From Bigelowiella natans CCMP2755 (lineage: Eukaryota > Protista > Cercozoa): 64,000 nt of DNA. The position numbers were made by a program, and so were the translations under genes. How positions within the stretch are numbered: the stretch's first letter is position 1; each line of letters begins with the position of its first letter. Shown here in pieces: positions 39,413 through 53,682 of this stretch. Under the pieces are notes generated by a model. It did not search any database. It was given only the letters and a program-made list of their open reading frames with translations, and was not told the DNA's origin. The stretch is taken from the NCBI GenBank assembly GCA_000320545.1, contig ADNK01002368.1, forward strand, positions 1 to 64,000, written 5' to 3'.

Positions 39413-40006
39413 TCATCGGTGTTGAAATAGCAAGGCGTGGCACTTCACTATGTTGCTTGCAAGCTCTTCGGATGGTAGGCGCATATCGCACCGATGAACA
39501 TGAACGATATGAGGATGGCCAGAGCTTGTCTTGATCTTCTGTTGGAGATGATCGACGAATCCTGCTGTTGCTGCTGCTGCTGATGATGATAATGACGGCA
39601 AGGTTACTGCAGGAGTAGCAATCGTTGTGATATCATCATCATCATCATCAATCCCATATCTCATACCGTTGGCATAGTCTCCTTCATTCTCCAAACATAT
39701 CTCATTTATGCCCCCAGCTTTCGAGTGATTGCTGGCCTTGATTGATGGATGCAAATTTTCGATCCGTTCTGCCTCCAGGGTGGAATAGCATGCTTCGAGA
39801 AATCTCCGGGCTCTAATTGACAAAAACATTGAAGGGACTTGTCATTCTTATCGATACATCGTCGTCAGCAGCCTTATGCACTTATTGAATGGTTCAGGAT
39901 GATAATCTCTGGAAAGTAGGAGCAACTGCTGCTGCAGCAGGACAACTCACCTTGCATGGTCGTTTTTGTACGGGAAAACAGGATGTTCTAGCCGTCTCGT
40001 TACCTG

Positions 40007-40042
<36 letters not shown>

Positions 40043-41700
40043 TGTTGAAAGCGAAAATTGGCCTCATCGTCTAGTACACACAACATCGCTAGATCGTACC
40101 CTTTCGCAGCAGGTTTGGATTGCTGCCTGCCTTGACTCATCAAAGAACTCAAGAACTCTGATGAAAATTAAGAAACGATAAAATGATGTAGCTGCTTCTG
40201 TCGACGTCATGATCATCATCAAATCAGTAGTATGGTACTACATGAGGATATCTGGCTTTACAATCCGAACGTATGCTGCGATGCTGCCCTGCCACAGTTG
40301 AAGTTGCATGAGTATAGTCAGTAGTAATAGAGATAACAATGATGCATAGAGGTGCTGAGAAGATTTTAGTTTTATAGGCAGTGGGAGGTGTAAAAGGATT
40401 GCTCCTCGTATTAACAACCGTTTTTAGATTGCATGTATCGAGGTAATAAATGAGATTTTTGCCGGACGTCCTAGAAACAGAATAGTTAATAGCAATTGTG
40501 AGGATGATTAGGAGGATGAGAATGATCATTTTGGTTGTGGTATATTACATAAGCGACGATGATGTCGAAGATGGTGTTTCTGCTGCTGCTGTCTTCGTTC
40601 TTCCCTCCCCACTCAATCTCTGTGGATGTAGAAGAGAGGGTATGTGATCAGAGAGGTTGCAGCAGCATATCGATGGTTGTGTGCAATTAGAAAACAGCAT
40701 TATCATCATCATCATCATCATCATCATTATCCTCATCATCATCGGTTGTCCGCACACCGTTCGTAAGTATGCCGCAGCTTCCTTTCTAGCCCTGTTCCTA
40801 CCAACCAATCCTCCTTGACGACATTCGTTCAGCACACGATCACGCTCTATATGCACGAACTTCCACCACAGAAATCAACAAATATATTGGCACGACAGAA
40901 AGATGCAAATTAGCTGCTAGCAAGACAGGTCCTGCAAGAACCAACTTTGATGGATTTCTTGGCTATATTCTGTAGTCTAATCGTTGCCATAGAAACAGCA
41001 GCAGCAGCTGTTTGCTCTGTATAATAACCATCAGCACCTGTATATTCTTCATATACGCTGTTGTCCTAGAGAGTAGCTTTCCCAGATTCGTCTTTCCAGA
41101 GCCTGGAATGCCCCTCGGAACCATCAATATCTGAGAGAGAAAATGTGTTTGTCGTCGTATATATCCTAATCGAGATAGAAGATGGAGGAGAGAGAGAGAG
41201 GGGACGCTGGAGAACTACTTGCGTAATCATTACAGTATATTCATTCAGCGCGCACCTTCTCCTTTCTGAGAAGCATTACTAGTGTCAATGCATACCTACA
41301 TTACAACATAATAAGACTCTTAGCAGCATTTTCAAACCACCACCACCATCAACATTATCATCATCATCGTCGTCATCATTGCTGAATGGTATGTAAACCC
41401 ATTGAATCCCCCCCTTACCATTTTTCCTCAGAAAACGCACTCCTAGGCTAGAATGTGATTTATTACTCACTACAATAAAGTCGTCGTATGAGGATTTTGA
41501 ATAATCGTCTATCCTACTCTGTATTTGGAAATGCGTCTAAGCACTTCATCCGAGCCACGTAGTAGCCACTGCTGCCGCAGCAGCCCTCATGCTCATCTTC
41601 ATGTTCGTCATCATCACCGTCATCATCATCCTGCCCCGTTAATCTGTCTAATAAAATACACATACACACATATCTTTTTGAAAATGGATCTTGCATCCAT
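39413..41700 (-). CDS. P-loop kinase-like protein (AAA_33 / tRNA-ligase-kinase-like); exon structure approximate
   Basis: Walker A exon ILMVPRGIPGSGKTNLGKLL, then FVHIERDRV, LIYYLDTCN, TCCERVRS, RLEHPVFP, FLEACYSTLEAE and RCDMRLPSEELASNIVK. Confidence 0.6.
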
Positions 41701-41940
41701 TGATGATAAGTTATTTAGTTTTAAAAAGAGATGTGGAAGACACGATACCAATATCACGTCGGAGAGACTTCGGGCTACAAGATTCGTATATAATGGCGAA
41801 AATCCTGTGCTCGCATGATCTTTGAGTCATTGAAAAATGGAAGAAAACATTAGTAGTGTAGCACGGTTGTATGTAGTCGTAGTAGTAAGCAGTAGCACGC
41901 TCTTAGATTGTGTTTATACAAGACGTGTAAATAACGCTCA

Positions 41941-42794
41941 CTACCGAATGCGTTTTGTCTTTTCGGCTCCGAGGCCGTTCCGTCCTGTCAAATCAGCGGA
42001 TGAGAGAGAGAAAGGGGAAGATGGGGGGGGGGGAGGGGGGGGCACCTGAACCGACGAACAAAACATCGTACGATTTGCCTCTCCCTATACATAAGATTAG
42101 CTTGTAAGAACTTGGGTAGGGGGAGGGAGGAGAGTAGAGAAGAGAATGTAAATCTGATAATTGATGATCATGAGAATCATACTGAATATCACCGCAAGTA
42201 CCTGCTTTATCTTCGATCGCAAGTTTCTCAGTAAGAGTCTATCCATAGCATTGAAAGCATGAAATATCAAAGTAACACAAACTGTAACAATATTTGAGGA
42301 TTAAGAAGCGTTTGCTGCTTCGCTCAGTCTCTTTAGACTAAAGACAATATTCCAAAATACACGCACACATACACACACACACACACACACGCACACACAC
42401 ACACACGCACACTCATGCGCATACCTTCACAGCGTCTTCTCGATTCTTTGCCTGAGTCAGCAAGGCAGCTTCGCATCGGCCATCACTCATTCCATTGAGT
42501 GCCTCCTTGGAAGATTCTGGTGAAACCTGACAGCAATGGCTCTTTTTATCCTCTTCAGTGATGCTTAAGAGCATGTCCTATATAGATAAAAAGAAAAAGC
42601 AAAGCATAACATCAAATAATGGAAAGTGGGGGGGGGGGGGGGGGAGGAAGAGACATTGACCTGTAGAACTAAGGCGTCCGGGGTGATAACATGTGAGGAA
42701 TTGAAGGAAGAGCTGTGTTTAATAGTATAATGATGATCAAGACGATGAATGATGATGAATGATGATGATATAGACGATATGATGTATGTGTTTA

Positions 42795-42835
<41 letters not shown>

Positions 42836-44865
42836 AATGACCTTGCGATTAAGAAGGGTACGACAACGTCTCTTCCAAGCACCCACAGTGAGGAGGAGGA
42901 GGAGGAGGGGGAACAGCTCACACTAAACAACCATACCAATTGGATGTTGTGAAGAGAACAATCAATATATCCTTAATTTGCTGACAATTCTCTCCATGGA
43001 GAAGAGGGACCAATGCATAGGCAGCACCAATCACACTTTCGATCATTACAATATTGAAAATCGTGATAAGTTGTGCTATTACGTCGAAACGATGTCTTCG
43101 ATCCACTTCCTTAGTACCTCATACCTTGATTAGAAACCATCATCGCCGCCCCATTACTATTAAACGAGTAGCAGCATGTGTTTGCTGCTGCGTCAGACAA
43201 AATAAATCCATACTGATAACAAATGATACTGCTTACACCACAGAACATTTCTTTCGATAACATTCAACTGCTTATGAATGCACCGCCACCACCACAAATT
43301 CATACTACATCTGATTAGCAACGAGGAGGTTTCCTTGGTGGAAGCTATCACAGTGAGATACGTATCTGATCTAGTAGCGACAACAACACACAGGTTTAGG
43401 ATCTGGAGTAAATAGTTTATCACCATCCATCCAACCAATGAAGTATTCATCATCCATATGAAGCAATCAGGGTTATGCACACAAATTCCACCCCATACGT
43501 GATTTGCCGCCGAGGTCATCAAATGGAGGGGACCGAGAGCAGAATGGCGGGGAGCGTCTTTACTTCCAATCTATACAAGGATAAAACAGCACAGCGTCTT
43601 ACGTGCATCCTCACTATATCAGATAACTAAGAAAACGATGACTTGATAGGAGACGGAGGCTATGGCAGGGAAAAACTGAGATTTGAGGTCAGAGCTTAGC
43701 GATCGGACTAAAGCAAGGTCATCTGTGAAAGATTTTTTTTTAATTAGGTCAGAGGATGATGATGCGATATCAACGCAAAGCAGCGCACAGAACAGTGTTG
43801 TTTGTGTGATTATGTCGCATGCGGTATCTCTACCCTAGCAACAGTTACCGTCACGAAGAGAAGTACAGTTACCAACCATAGATGGTAACGAAGATGTCTT
43901 TTCGAGTAGGTAGTGGATCATAATGCGCCCAGAAGAATATTTTCCTTTGGGGAGCTTTCTCTGTGGAGAACCGCCGCTTTTGGGGGGAGGAAGAAGCCGA
44001 ATGCAAACCTACGGTGATGTAGCATCCCATCATCATCACCAGGTTACCAGTACCACTTCATCCACATGGTGCTGCTCAGTAAAGAAACAATGACTATCTC
44101 TATCTTCGTTGCTGCGGTGCTGTTCCGTGCTCTTTTCATAAAATGACGACCTCTTTCCATTTCAAGGAGTGAGGTTTCTCCAACGTAGCCTGTAATTGGA
44201 TCATACACTGTGTGCTGTGGTGATGTGAGGTGTCGTTTGGTTTTCGTGAGTGAAGAAAGTGACAGCATTGTGAAGGAGAACATTGAGAAGAAGCTCATGA
44301 AAGCAGCGTCGGACGGAGGCCACCACAGTATGGACGCCAGGGTCTTCAGGAAGTGCTCTGATAACTTCTCCCTCAGAATTACTCACGGAATATCTCCCAA
44401 ACCATCGACAATTCTGTTTCAACAGACGGGTGCAGAGCAGTGAGCAATGATGGCGGCATATTCGGGATCAGAGAATGAGTGCTGAACACCTCCTCCACAT
44501 TGATTGAAGGTGCTGTTTCGACTTCGATTCTGTCGCCATTACGAGGATAATGAAGAAGTTAGACATTAGGTTTGCTTCTCAAGACGAACCCACTACCCGT
44601 ATGATCTTGAGAGATTTGCGACGAGATTCTCCAAGAGACGGCCTATTTGAAAGGGGGCGGGGCGGCACATTAGTTTAGAGCACAGGAATGCACATTGCTG
44701 GCGAGCAGTCAATGAATTGTTATCCGCAGCCGTTTTAGAGAAGCCGCAAATGGCGGCTATGAAGGTCGCGTATCTGGTGTGATGTGGGTTTCGGAAACAG
44801 CCATTCCAAGAGTTGTTTGCTGTTTTAAGAAGAATATCTACGATGTTTTGCGCATCAGAACTCAT
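41941..44865 (-). CDS. Hypothetical multi-exon protein with hydrophobic, probably transmembrane segments
   Basis: ORF MSSDAQNIVDILLK..., with exons EHFLKTLASILWWPPSDAAFMSFFSMFSF, DVIAQLITIFNIVMIESVIGAAYALVPLL and DMLLSITEEDK...EDAVK. Probable end AEKTKRIR*. No family recognised. Confidence 0.5.
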
Positions 44866-45068
44866 CGAATGCTACTCACGTTCAAAAACCATGTCGCAAG
44901 TGCAAATTCCCATGTGTTTCACCCAAAATGTTGATTATATTTTTTGGGTTGCAAACCAGTCGCGTTGTCTCACGATGGGGTAACGAACAGCACGAATGAT
45001 GGCCACAACAAGCAGCAGCAGCAGCAGCAGTTTCCCCTGATCGGAACAATTGGGAGGGAGGGAGGGAG

Positions 45069-46019
45069 TTGATGGGCTGTGCTCCTTCAGTCGTCGTGCC
45101 TCCCCCGAAGGATGGTACGCATAAGAGTGAGGAATCCATTCCAAATTCAATACAAGAGTCGGAGGAGAAGGATAAACAATTTGGGAATAATAAGGGTGAA
45201 GAGAAGCAGCCAAACAAAGAACCTGTAGACAAACAGCCCCAACCAGAGCAAGAAGATGGTGGGGTAATCAACGAAAAGGGTGGAAATGCAGTAAGAAATG
45301 ATGATACGAAACACTCAAAAGCTAGGCAGAAAAAGAATACGACTGAAGAGAATTTTGTGAAGGGCAGTATTGTCCGGTATAAAGATCGTGAAAATGTGAC
45401 AGTGGTAGGCGTCCACCATGACGACCCAACAGAGGTGTATTACACTATCAAAAAGGCTGATGGCGATGAAGTGAACACGGTTTTCAAATACCTGAAGTGG
45501 ATAGACAAAGATGACATCGGCAGCAATGCAGCAGTAGATAAGGAGAAGGTGGAAGATGGATCAGCAGCAAAAGAGCATACGAATTCTAATGATCAGAAGC
45601 ACAACAGAGGTATGACCACAGAGGCTGCTTCGAAAAATGCTGAAAGCCTCGAAGCAAAGGATAAGATCAATTCTAGCGGCGAGAATGAGGTAGGATCTAA
45701 TGGCCAAGCTGGGTTAGATAAAAGCTCAAAAGACCATGACACAGCGACAAGGGATCGAGAAGAACAAGCTGGCGACATGAAAGACAAACAAAACAAACTC
45801 GATGCTGACAGTCCATCATATCTCTGCTATAGCAGTGATAACCTCCTTCCAGACATCGACCGATCAGCTTTTGATGAAGCATTACCTATGCCAAATAACA
45901 GTGACCCCAATAGCGCTTATCCATACCCAGAAGCCCATATGGACATAAATTTGGCGAAGAAAGTTCTTAGACATAGAAATGGCACTGAGAAAATGGTGCA
46001 TAGGTTAAATAATGGCTAA
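45069..46019 (+). CDS. Single-exon acidic protein with an MGCxxS acylation-type N-terminus and a small SH3/Tudor-like module
   Basis: Microsatellite-free 316-aa ORF. Second codon begins MGCAPS. Central segment FVKGSIVRYKDRENVTVVGVHHDDPTEVYYTIKKADGDEVNT. Confidence 0.75.
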   Translation: MMGCAPSVVVPPPKDGTHKSEESIPNSIQESEEKDKQFGNNKGEEKQPNKEPVDKQPQPEQEDGGVINEKGGNAVRNDDTKHSKARQKKNTTEENFVKGSIVRYKDRENVTVVGVHHDDPTEVYYTIKKADGDEVNTVFKYLKWIDKDDIGSNAAVDKEKVEDGSAAKEHTNSNDQKHNRGMTTEAASKNAESLEAKDKINSSGENEVGSNGQAGLDKSSKDHDTATRDREEQAGDMKDKQNKLDADSPSYLCYSSDNLLPDIDRSAFDEALPMPNNSDPNSAYPYPEAHMDINLAKKVLRHRNGTEKMVHRLNNG

Positions 46020-46740
46020 CGAGAGTGTGAGCCAGAGAGAAATTATTGGAAGTTGATATAGCTTAAAGATGCACTGCCTCGTGCGGTGTGTACTGCAGTG
46101 TCATATGCTTGATATATTGACTGTAGCTGTTATGTGATAATATAGATTATATATTGTTCCGTGACTACTGCCGGATGGATAATGATAGACTATGTGCAGT
46201 ACATCTAGCAGATGCTGTGCTTATGCGCGTGTATCGTTCAATCGATCGTAGCTTCGTTCGCTTATTCACGTGCGTTCGTGCATATAGGCTAGAACCCGTA
46301 CACATGTGTGTTTTGAACAATAAGAAAAACAAGTGTGCATAACCCAACAATATAAATTGCGTGCTCATCAGCAACGCTACAAGTTTGTCACATATCGGCA
46401 GCCAGTTATAGCATACAATACTTACTTATTTCTTGCGTATTTATCTGATAACTTGCACACACGCATTGCGTCCGCAGGATGCATGAAGGCACATGTGACG
46501 ACATCTCAGCTTAAGCCATCATGATACTAGGCTAAAAACTACTAGTACTATCTAACTCAACTACTACTACTAGGCTATTCCACCTTTACGATGCGATTAC
46601 TTACAGATATCTGGATGTCATTATATCATTCACGGGAAACGAATGAAAAATGTCGCGTCTACATGACCATAGCTAGTTGCTAAGCCTGGTGAAATTAAGC
46701 CCTGTACGACGTACACATACGTGTGCGTTTATGCACAATG

Positions 46741-48424
46741 CTACTTCATGCCTGCTGTTATCAAACCGACTTCGCTGCAATTGAAATACCGGGCGCCGAA
46801 ATAACCTGAGAAATATGGTTTACTTAGAGAGGGCTTCTTGATGATAAACAGGTCTCGACCTGAGTATGATCTAACTCGTCGTGGGTTTGTTATACTTGAT
46901 AGTGACAAGAATCAGGAGTAAAAACGGCAAATACGATGTGTCATCGTCATTCGTCGTTGTCGTAGTACAACGCAGCGAAGGGCTCAAAAGAACACATTTT
47001 CACAATCTCTCAACTGTTGAATCCGTGTATCAAAAGAAGTTGGCACATGACTACTGCATACCTAATCCAGGGATGACGAAAAACTTTTCGTTCAGTCCTT
47101 GATCAACCCAAGAACAAACGATCCGCACCTTGACGATCGATGAAGAAGAGGAATAAGAAGGGGCAGGAAGATATGAGATGAGAAGAGGGGTGGGAAATAG
47201 TGCTGTACAAGCACGAATTGAAGCAAAATATTTGACGGTGCTCTCCTGCATATAGTAGCTAAGGACTAAATGATGATATATCGGTAGTATCAATACCTTT
47301 GGAAAGTTCCTACTAATAGAGAGAAGTCCTACGGTATACAGCAGTAGCAAGCGTGCCACCACCACCACCAGCAGCAGCAGCAGCAGCAGCAGGAGGAGGA
47401 GGAGGAGGAAGAGGAAGAGGAGGAGGAAGAGAAGGAGTGGAAAGTACAGGGGAAATAGTGAGAAATGGATGGGGGAGGAGGAAGGGAAAAAGTCAATAAG
47501 ACCCCATGGCCAATGATACTGAATCTACCAGAAGGCATGCTTGAAAGCATGGACAATTCATATTTGTGCCATGTTCATCAGAACGAAGAACATCATTCGT
47601 TTTTTATGATAATCTTTTGTGATTTTTTGTGGAAGCCCCTCTTCCTTTCTACCCTGAGGTGCGGCGATGATGCAGCAGAGGATTATTTGCGATTCTTCGA
47701 CCTGAAAACCATCACATCACGACGATGTTACTTTGTTACTCGTAATTACATTATGATTAAGGTGGATGATGAAGCTGATAGTAACACAACCCCGTGATCT
47801 AGAAGAATTCTGAGAGCCATCTCACACGTGTTTGAAGTTGATATCACAGGGTCCATTAGAAGCACTACGAGCCATTAAAAAACACATCATATCGAGAAAG
47901 AGGAAGAAGAAGAAGAAGAAGAAGAAGAAGAAGAAGAAGAAACATGAGTCAATGTCCCTACTCAAGATTATCGAGAGGATAATCGTTTCTCTAGTTTCTC
48001 TCTCTCTCTGAGTGTCGGTATACTACATCATGCGCGTGAAAATGTCAAAATCGGGTTCTGCTATGACAACCATCAAGGAAAACATTGATGATTTTCCTTT
48101 CGCGACATGCAGCGGCAGTGGAAAGTGGAAGGGGGGGGGGGGAGGGGGGGGGCAACACCTGGGGCTGTGTCGAGATTGCGAGGAAACCGACAGTAATATA
48201 GTCGCGGGCCATCTGACTTGTCAATACTCTGTGCTATGATCATTTTCCCGATCTTTACCTGAATACGTGTTTGTGAATGTTATTGTTGAAACCGCTAATA
48301 GCGCCGAGAATGAACAAGAAGGATAGGTAAAAAGAGCAGCTGTGGTTAATGTTAATGAGGAACTGTTTGGGGTGGTGAGTAGATGACATATGTATTCTTC
48401 TATTCGTTATGGATGGAGTGTGTA

Positions 48425-48486
<62 letters not shown>

Positions 48487-48869
48487 CTGGAACGATTTCT
48501 CTGAGGGAATGTTCAATAGCCTGAATAACAAAAACACACACACGCACGCACACGCGATAAAATGAAAATAAAAATCATCATCGCTAACAACATCAACATA
48601 AGCAAACAGCAATAAATTTACAAACAATGCACACACACCACACTACACACATGTATATATTCCTTAATATCTGCATGCGCGTACGAATAAGAATATGAGG
48701 AAATGGTGTTGCATTGCTGCACCTGCCCCCCACGAACGATGCTGACACCGAACACGAGCGGAGGTGTTACAGCTGGAAAATAACAACAAGAAGGAGGAGG
48801 AGGAGAAGCCGACACTTCAAAGCTGCGATTTGTGGGTATAATTTAACACTTATAATGTTCCAGTAAAAG

Positions 48870-48903
<34 letters not shown>

Positions 48904-50601
48904 AGGCTCAACGAGGAGGAGGTCGTCCGTCATCACTTCTAACTCACACTTTCGATTCTTCACATCCGCTTCTCTATTATAGCATGAAAGCAGCATGAAT
49001 AGATGAAACGATAAGTACTACTCTCTGAGGCCGATTGTTCCTTATCAAGATGAAAGCTCTCATCATCCTGAAACAATGACTTTCTAGGGCTCCGAGCTGC
49101 TGTGCGTACAAATAATCGACGAGGGTTGGTGCGCAATACGTCATCATTCAGAGAAATAGAATAATGATGATAATCATGATGATGTTGATGATAATACACA
49201 CGAATAATGGTCATCCATCCTTCAAATGTGAATTTTGAATGAGGAAAGTATGTTGCGTGCTGTTCCATAAGCACGACATGAGTCCGCACATGTCATGTAA
49301 AAGGTACTCACAACAGAGAACAGGGCGAGTAGGAGGGTGATGATGACGATGACGTTCTCAAATTTTACTACCCTTCCTCGTCGATGACATTCCCTGACAC
49401 GTTGGAGAGGAGGGGGGGGGGGGGTTGTAGAAGAAGTTGAGCATCATCGGTTATGGATTTACATGGTGGATGTTATATATTCGCTACCATTGCTACTCCT
49501 AATGCCTCTGCAATGAGCAAACGTCCAACCCTAAAGATGAATATGACGATACCGACGCATAAAATGCTTGTAGGAAACAATTGGAACGGAAAAGATCTTT
49601 AAAAAAAAATCTCCACACTATTTGGGATGCCATAATCTATTTATATCATCCGTGCGTATTTGAATCCCCCCCCCCCCTCTCCCCGCAAACAACTCAACTG
49701 TTCGTAACGCTACCTATGAGAAGCGTGCCGGAAAACATGGCATGATGTATTGTTGTCGCGCAATACCTACAGAGGCCGATAATCGAGGTAAAAAAAGGGG
49801 GGGGGGGGGGGAATAGGATGAAACTAAAGGTGCCTTTTTTCAGTCCCTTTTGTCCACTCGTATGAATCATACACGTTGATTGAGTAGTAGCGTGATTATC
49901 TTTGAGTGCCTATCCACCCCATCTCTCTCTCTCCCCCCCCTAACGTCTTACCCTTCATCATCAACTACCGTGTGCGCTGCTCGTAGCATTGGTGTAGGGG
50001 TGAGGATGGTGACGGTCTTAGGAAGAAGCTGAATCAACTTGTCCTTCGATACGTTCAAAAACCTGCAAAATCCTTCTGAGAAGACGTCGCCACAATCACA
50101 ACTACCACCACCATCACCACCAGCAGCAGCAGCATCTTCATCACCACAGTGTTATTCTTATTACTACTACTACTGCTACCTCATGCGTTTTTTGAACTTA
50201 TCTCGAGAATTCAGTAGTCCACGCTGCTTTAACACAGCCTTTACATGCTGGACCTATCATCAATATGTATATACATAATACACAATGCAAGAAAATCGTT
50301 GATGAGACTACATTTCCCTCTGCATTTGTGTCAATGACAGCAAAGGTCTATATGAGAAGTAAGGAAGGGAAAGACGTGGATGTTCGATTGTTTCACTTCC
50401 AAAATTGGTGATGAAACGCCACCAGGACGAAAAAGCAGCAGCAGCAACAGCAGCACTAACAATTCCGTTAAATCCGAAGTGTAAGAACAAGACACGACGA
50501 GAGAATGAGGTATAATTCTATACTGCTCTTTCGCTTCCCCCCCCCCCCCCCTCTCCTCCATTTACTTACCAATAAGTTTATGGCGACGTAGTTATCTCCG
50601 C

Positions 50602-50674
<73 letters not shown>

Positions 50675-51782
50675 CAGTATGATCTACACTGGTATTACAG
50701 TTGCATCATTAGTAGATCAAAACAAACGAAGAGGTAGAAGCAGAGCAACAGAGAGAAGATAAAGATAAAGATGATTAAGAAGAAGAGGAAAAAGAAGACA
50801 CCCTTCTCCAACAAGAGCATTCACACATCCAGCCTCTCTCCCCGCTACTACAAAATATCATGTTTTTCTAATTATTCGGTTCTTCTATTTCTCGGTACAA
50901 GAGGTGCACGCAAGCAAGCAATCATGGTACGTACCCCCTTGGCACTATCAGGTCCGCATATCTCTGTATTTATTTAAGAGGGGGGGGGTTAAGGGGGAAG
51001 GAATTCGGTGTAGGAGAAGACAACGAACGTACGTACACGCGTGTACCCGTCTTTCTGCTTCGAGTGATCATCGTCACTATCGTCATCATCGTCATCATTA
51101 TCATCATCATCATCATCATCATCATGCGTAGTCTAAAGCAGCAATGTCATCATAGCCGAGTAGTACATTGAAAGCAGCAGCAGCAGCAGCAGCAGCAGCA
51201 TCAAAATGGTAGAAATAGTGTTGCATTTCAAAAGATGGATGATGATGGACCTTCGTTGGGAAGATGTAGTCATCGAAGGACGGCTTTACGGTCTTCACGT
51301 ACCTTTGTTCCAAAATTCACTCTTAATTTTATTCTTCCCCGCAAATCCCACAACGACAACGATGAGGACTTTTAACACTTCTAGAAATCAAGAGGCATGA
51401 TAGACTATATCGATGACCCCCTCCCCCCCGACCCCCCTCCAATCCCTTTAATCTTCGTCGTTAGTTTTCTTGTCTTTCTTCTTCATGCATAGTGGTGACT
51501 ATTGTTACTGGGCGAGAATATCATCCAACTTGCGGCCTCTTTCCCTAATATCTCTCTTTATGCGGCTGAAAGAGAGATGATGAGAAAAGCAAGAATAGCA
51601 CCACCACCACACACACACACACACACACACATAAGACGATAAGATTTTGGAGGTGGGAAAAAAGGAGGGGAGGGGGGGAGGAGGAAGAACAAGTACATAC
51701 CGTGCTAATCGAAGATCGGAGTCGGTGTCCACAAATACCTTTAAGTATTGGGTAGCAGTAGTAAGAAGTTGTTGTTGTTCAA

Positions 51783-51870
<88 letters not shown>

Positions 51871-52846
51871 CGCCGCAGCACTGCTCCGTCATAATTATCA
51901 TCATCATTATCATGTGCTTTTACTACTTTGATGTCCATGAGCTCACGTAAGGGTTTGTCGTGGAGCACGAGGATTCCCTTTTTAAAAAGAGAGCGAGAGA
52001 GGGGGAAGGGGAGAGGGGGGGTAAGCAAAAGAAAGAAGAACGAATGGGAAAACCTACATAATTTGTATCTTTGTTATGGAAGCCACATGAAATTTGTCGT
52101 CGTTGGAACAACAACAAGTTTATCGATGATAATAGTAATGATCATAATCATCATCACCATCACAATACATCATCCATGATTCCTCACCTCAATGATAACA
52201 ATATCAGCTCCATACACGGTGTCCTTCTTCTTCTCCCTCGAATTCGTACTGAAGTCGTAGCGCGGCACATCCACGCTCCGCCCAGATCGTATCGCCGCGA
52301 TTGTCCTTCATTTGGAAGAATTATCATGACGAAGAAAACCACATTTTAGGATAGGTTACTTCTGGAAGAGAGGCCAATCGAATGCCGAGGGATGGTCCCA
52401 GTTAAACTTGCCGGCTTCCACAATCTGAGGCAACACACGCAACAATAACAACAACAGCAACATCAGCAGCAACAACGCCTCATAGCACATTATATTCAGG
52501 TAAGCATTACTACAAAGAGAAAAATGATGATAAAGCTAGCATGGTTTAGTATCAGAGAGAGAAGTAGTACTTTGTGCTCTGCAGGCGTAAGGTTTCGATA
52601 GAACCTGTTATCGAGTATGTCAGTGCAATGGAGGGGGGGGGGGGGGGGGGGTGGACAAAGAAAGGCCATTAACCAGGAAATAGTGTTTGAGCGCGTGGTA
52701 ATTTATTATGCGGTTATGATGCAGTAATAATAACGATCTATGTGTTTTTAACACAATAGACGTTGTATGTGGTTACCTATCCATAGATAGTAGCACAACC
52801 CACGGGATACCTAGTTAATGTTGGAGAGAGAACGCCAATATATATC

Positions 52847-52896
<50 letters not shown>

Positions 52897-53575
52897 TCTA
52901 CTTTATAAACTTGGTCGAATAGTAACAGTAGTAACTTCTGGTGATAGTTGCAGCGACGATAAAACAATGATGATGATGATGATGATGATGCGAGGATGGT
53001 TGAGGTGATGAATGTCGTCATGCTGCACGTATTTATTTCTCATCGGAACGTAACCACTCCCTACCTAATTTATCGATGATTTTTCTGCACACAGTTGTCT
53101 TGCCGCTTGCAGTACCGCCTAGATGAGGACCACAAGTGGTGATGATTATGACGAGAGCGAGAAATGAAGCTAACGATATGATCTGCGAGTAATGGGAAGA
53201 CAGAAGTCTTTCGGCAGTGGCAGCAGGTAGCAGTAGCACATACCAGTGACCCCGATGACTAGCGGTTCAACTCGAGTTCCCTTTCAGATGATATCGATGA
53301 CCATAGCAATGAAGAGATGAATCAATTATGGGAGAGGAGGGGGGGGGGGGGGGGGGGGGATGAGATTTTCCCTTCTAGTTTGGATTTTAACATTAGTTGA
53401 AGGATGCTCAGAAACTGAGGGGAGTCAATATTTGTGCGTGCATGCGTGCGCGCGCGTGTATTCTCTAAGCTGTGTTCTCGTTGTGTGCTAGTCCTATTCG
53501 TTGCTATCATCGAAGATGGGAAAGATTATGGATCACAGAAATTACCTTTGTATTATACCACGGAGATCGTGCAAC
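46741..53575 (-). CDS. Uridine kinase / uracil phosphoribosyltransferase fusion (UCKL1/UKL-type); 5' end unresolved
   Basis: [60 protein letters not shown] and YVKTVKPSFDDYIFPTK (kinase). UPRT part: GVSIVRGG, VKIGKMIIAQ...GPRLYYCRFP, VLLMDPVIST, IIAAPQG and VDQGLNEKFFVIPGL-GYFGARYF. Stop TAG 46741-46743. Confidence 0.9.
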
Positions 53576-53584
53576 CTACAATTG

Positions 53585-53682
<98 letters not shown>

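Noticed and set aside
46741-53575. Uridine kinase-UPRT fusion as a novel architecture
   Set aside because: This architecture is already well known (UCKL1, plant UKL family).
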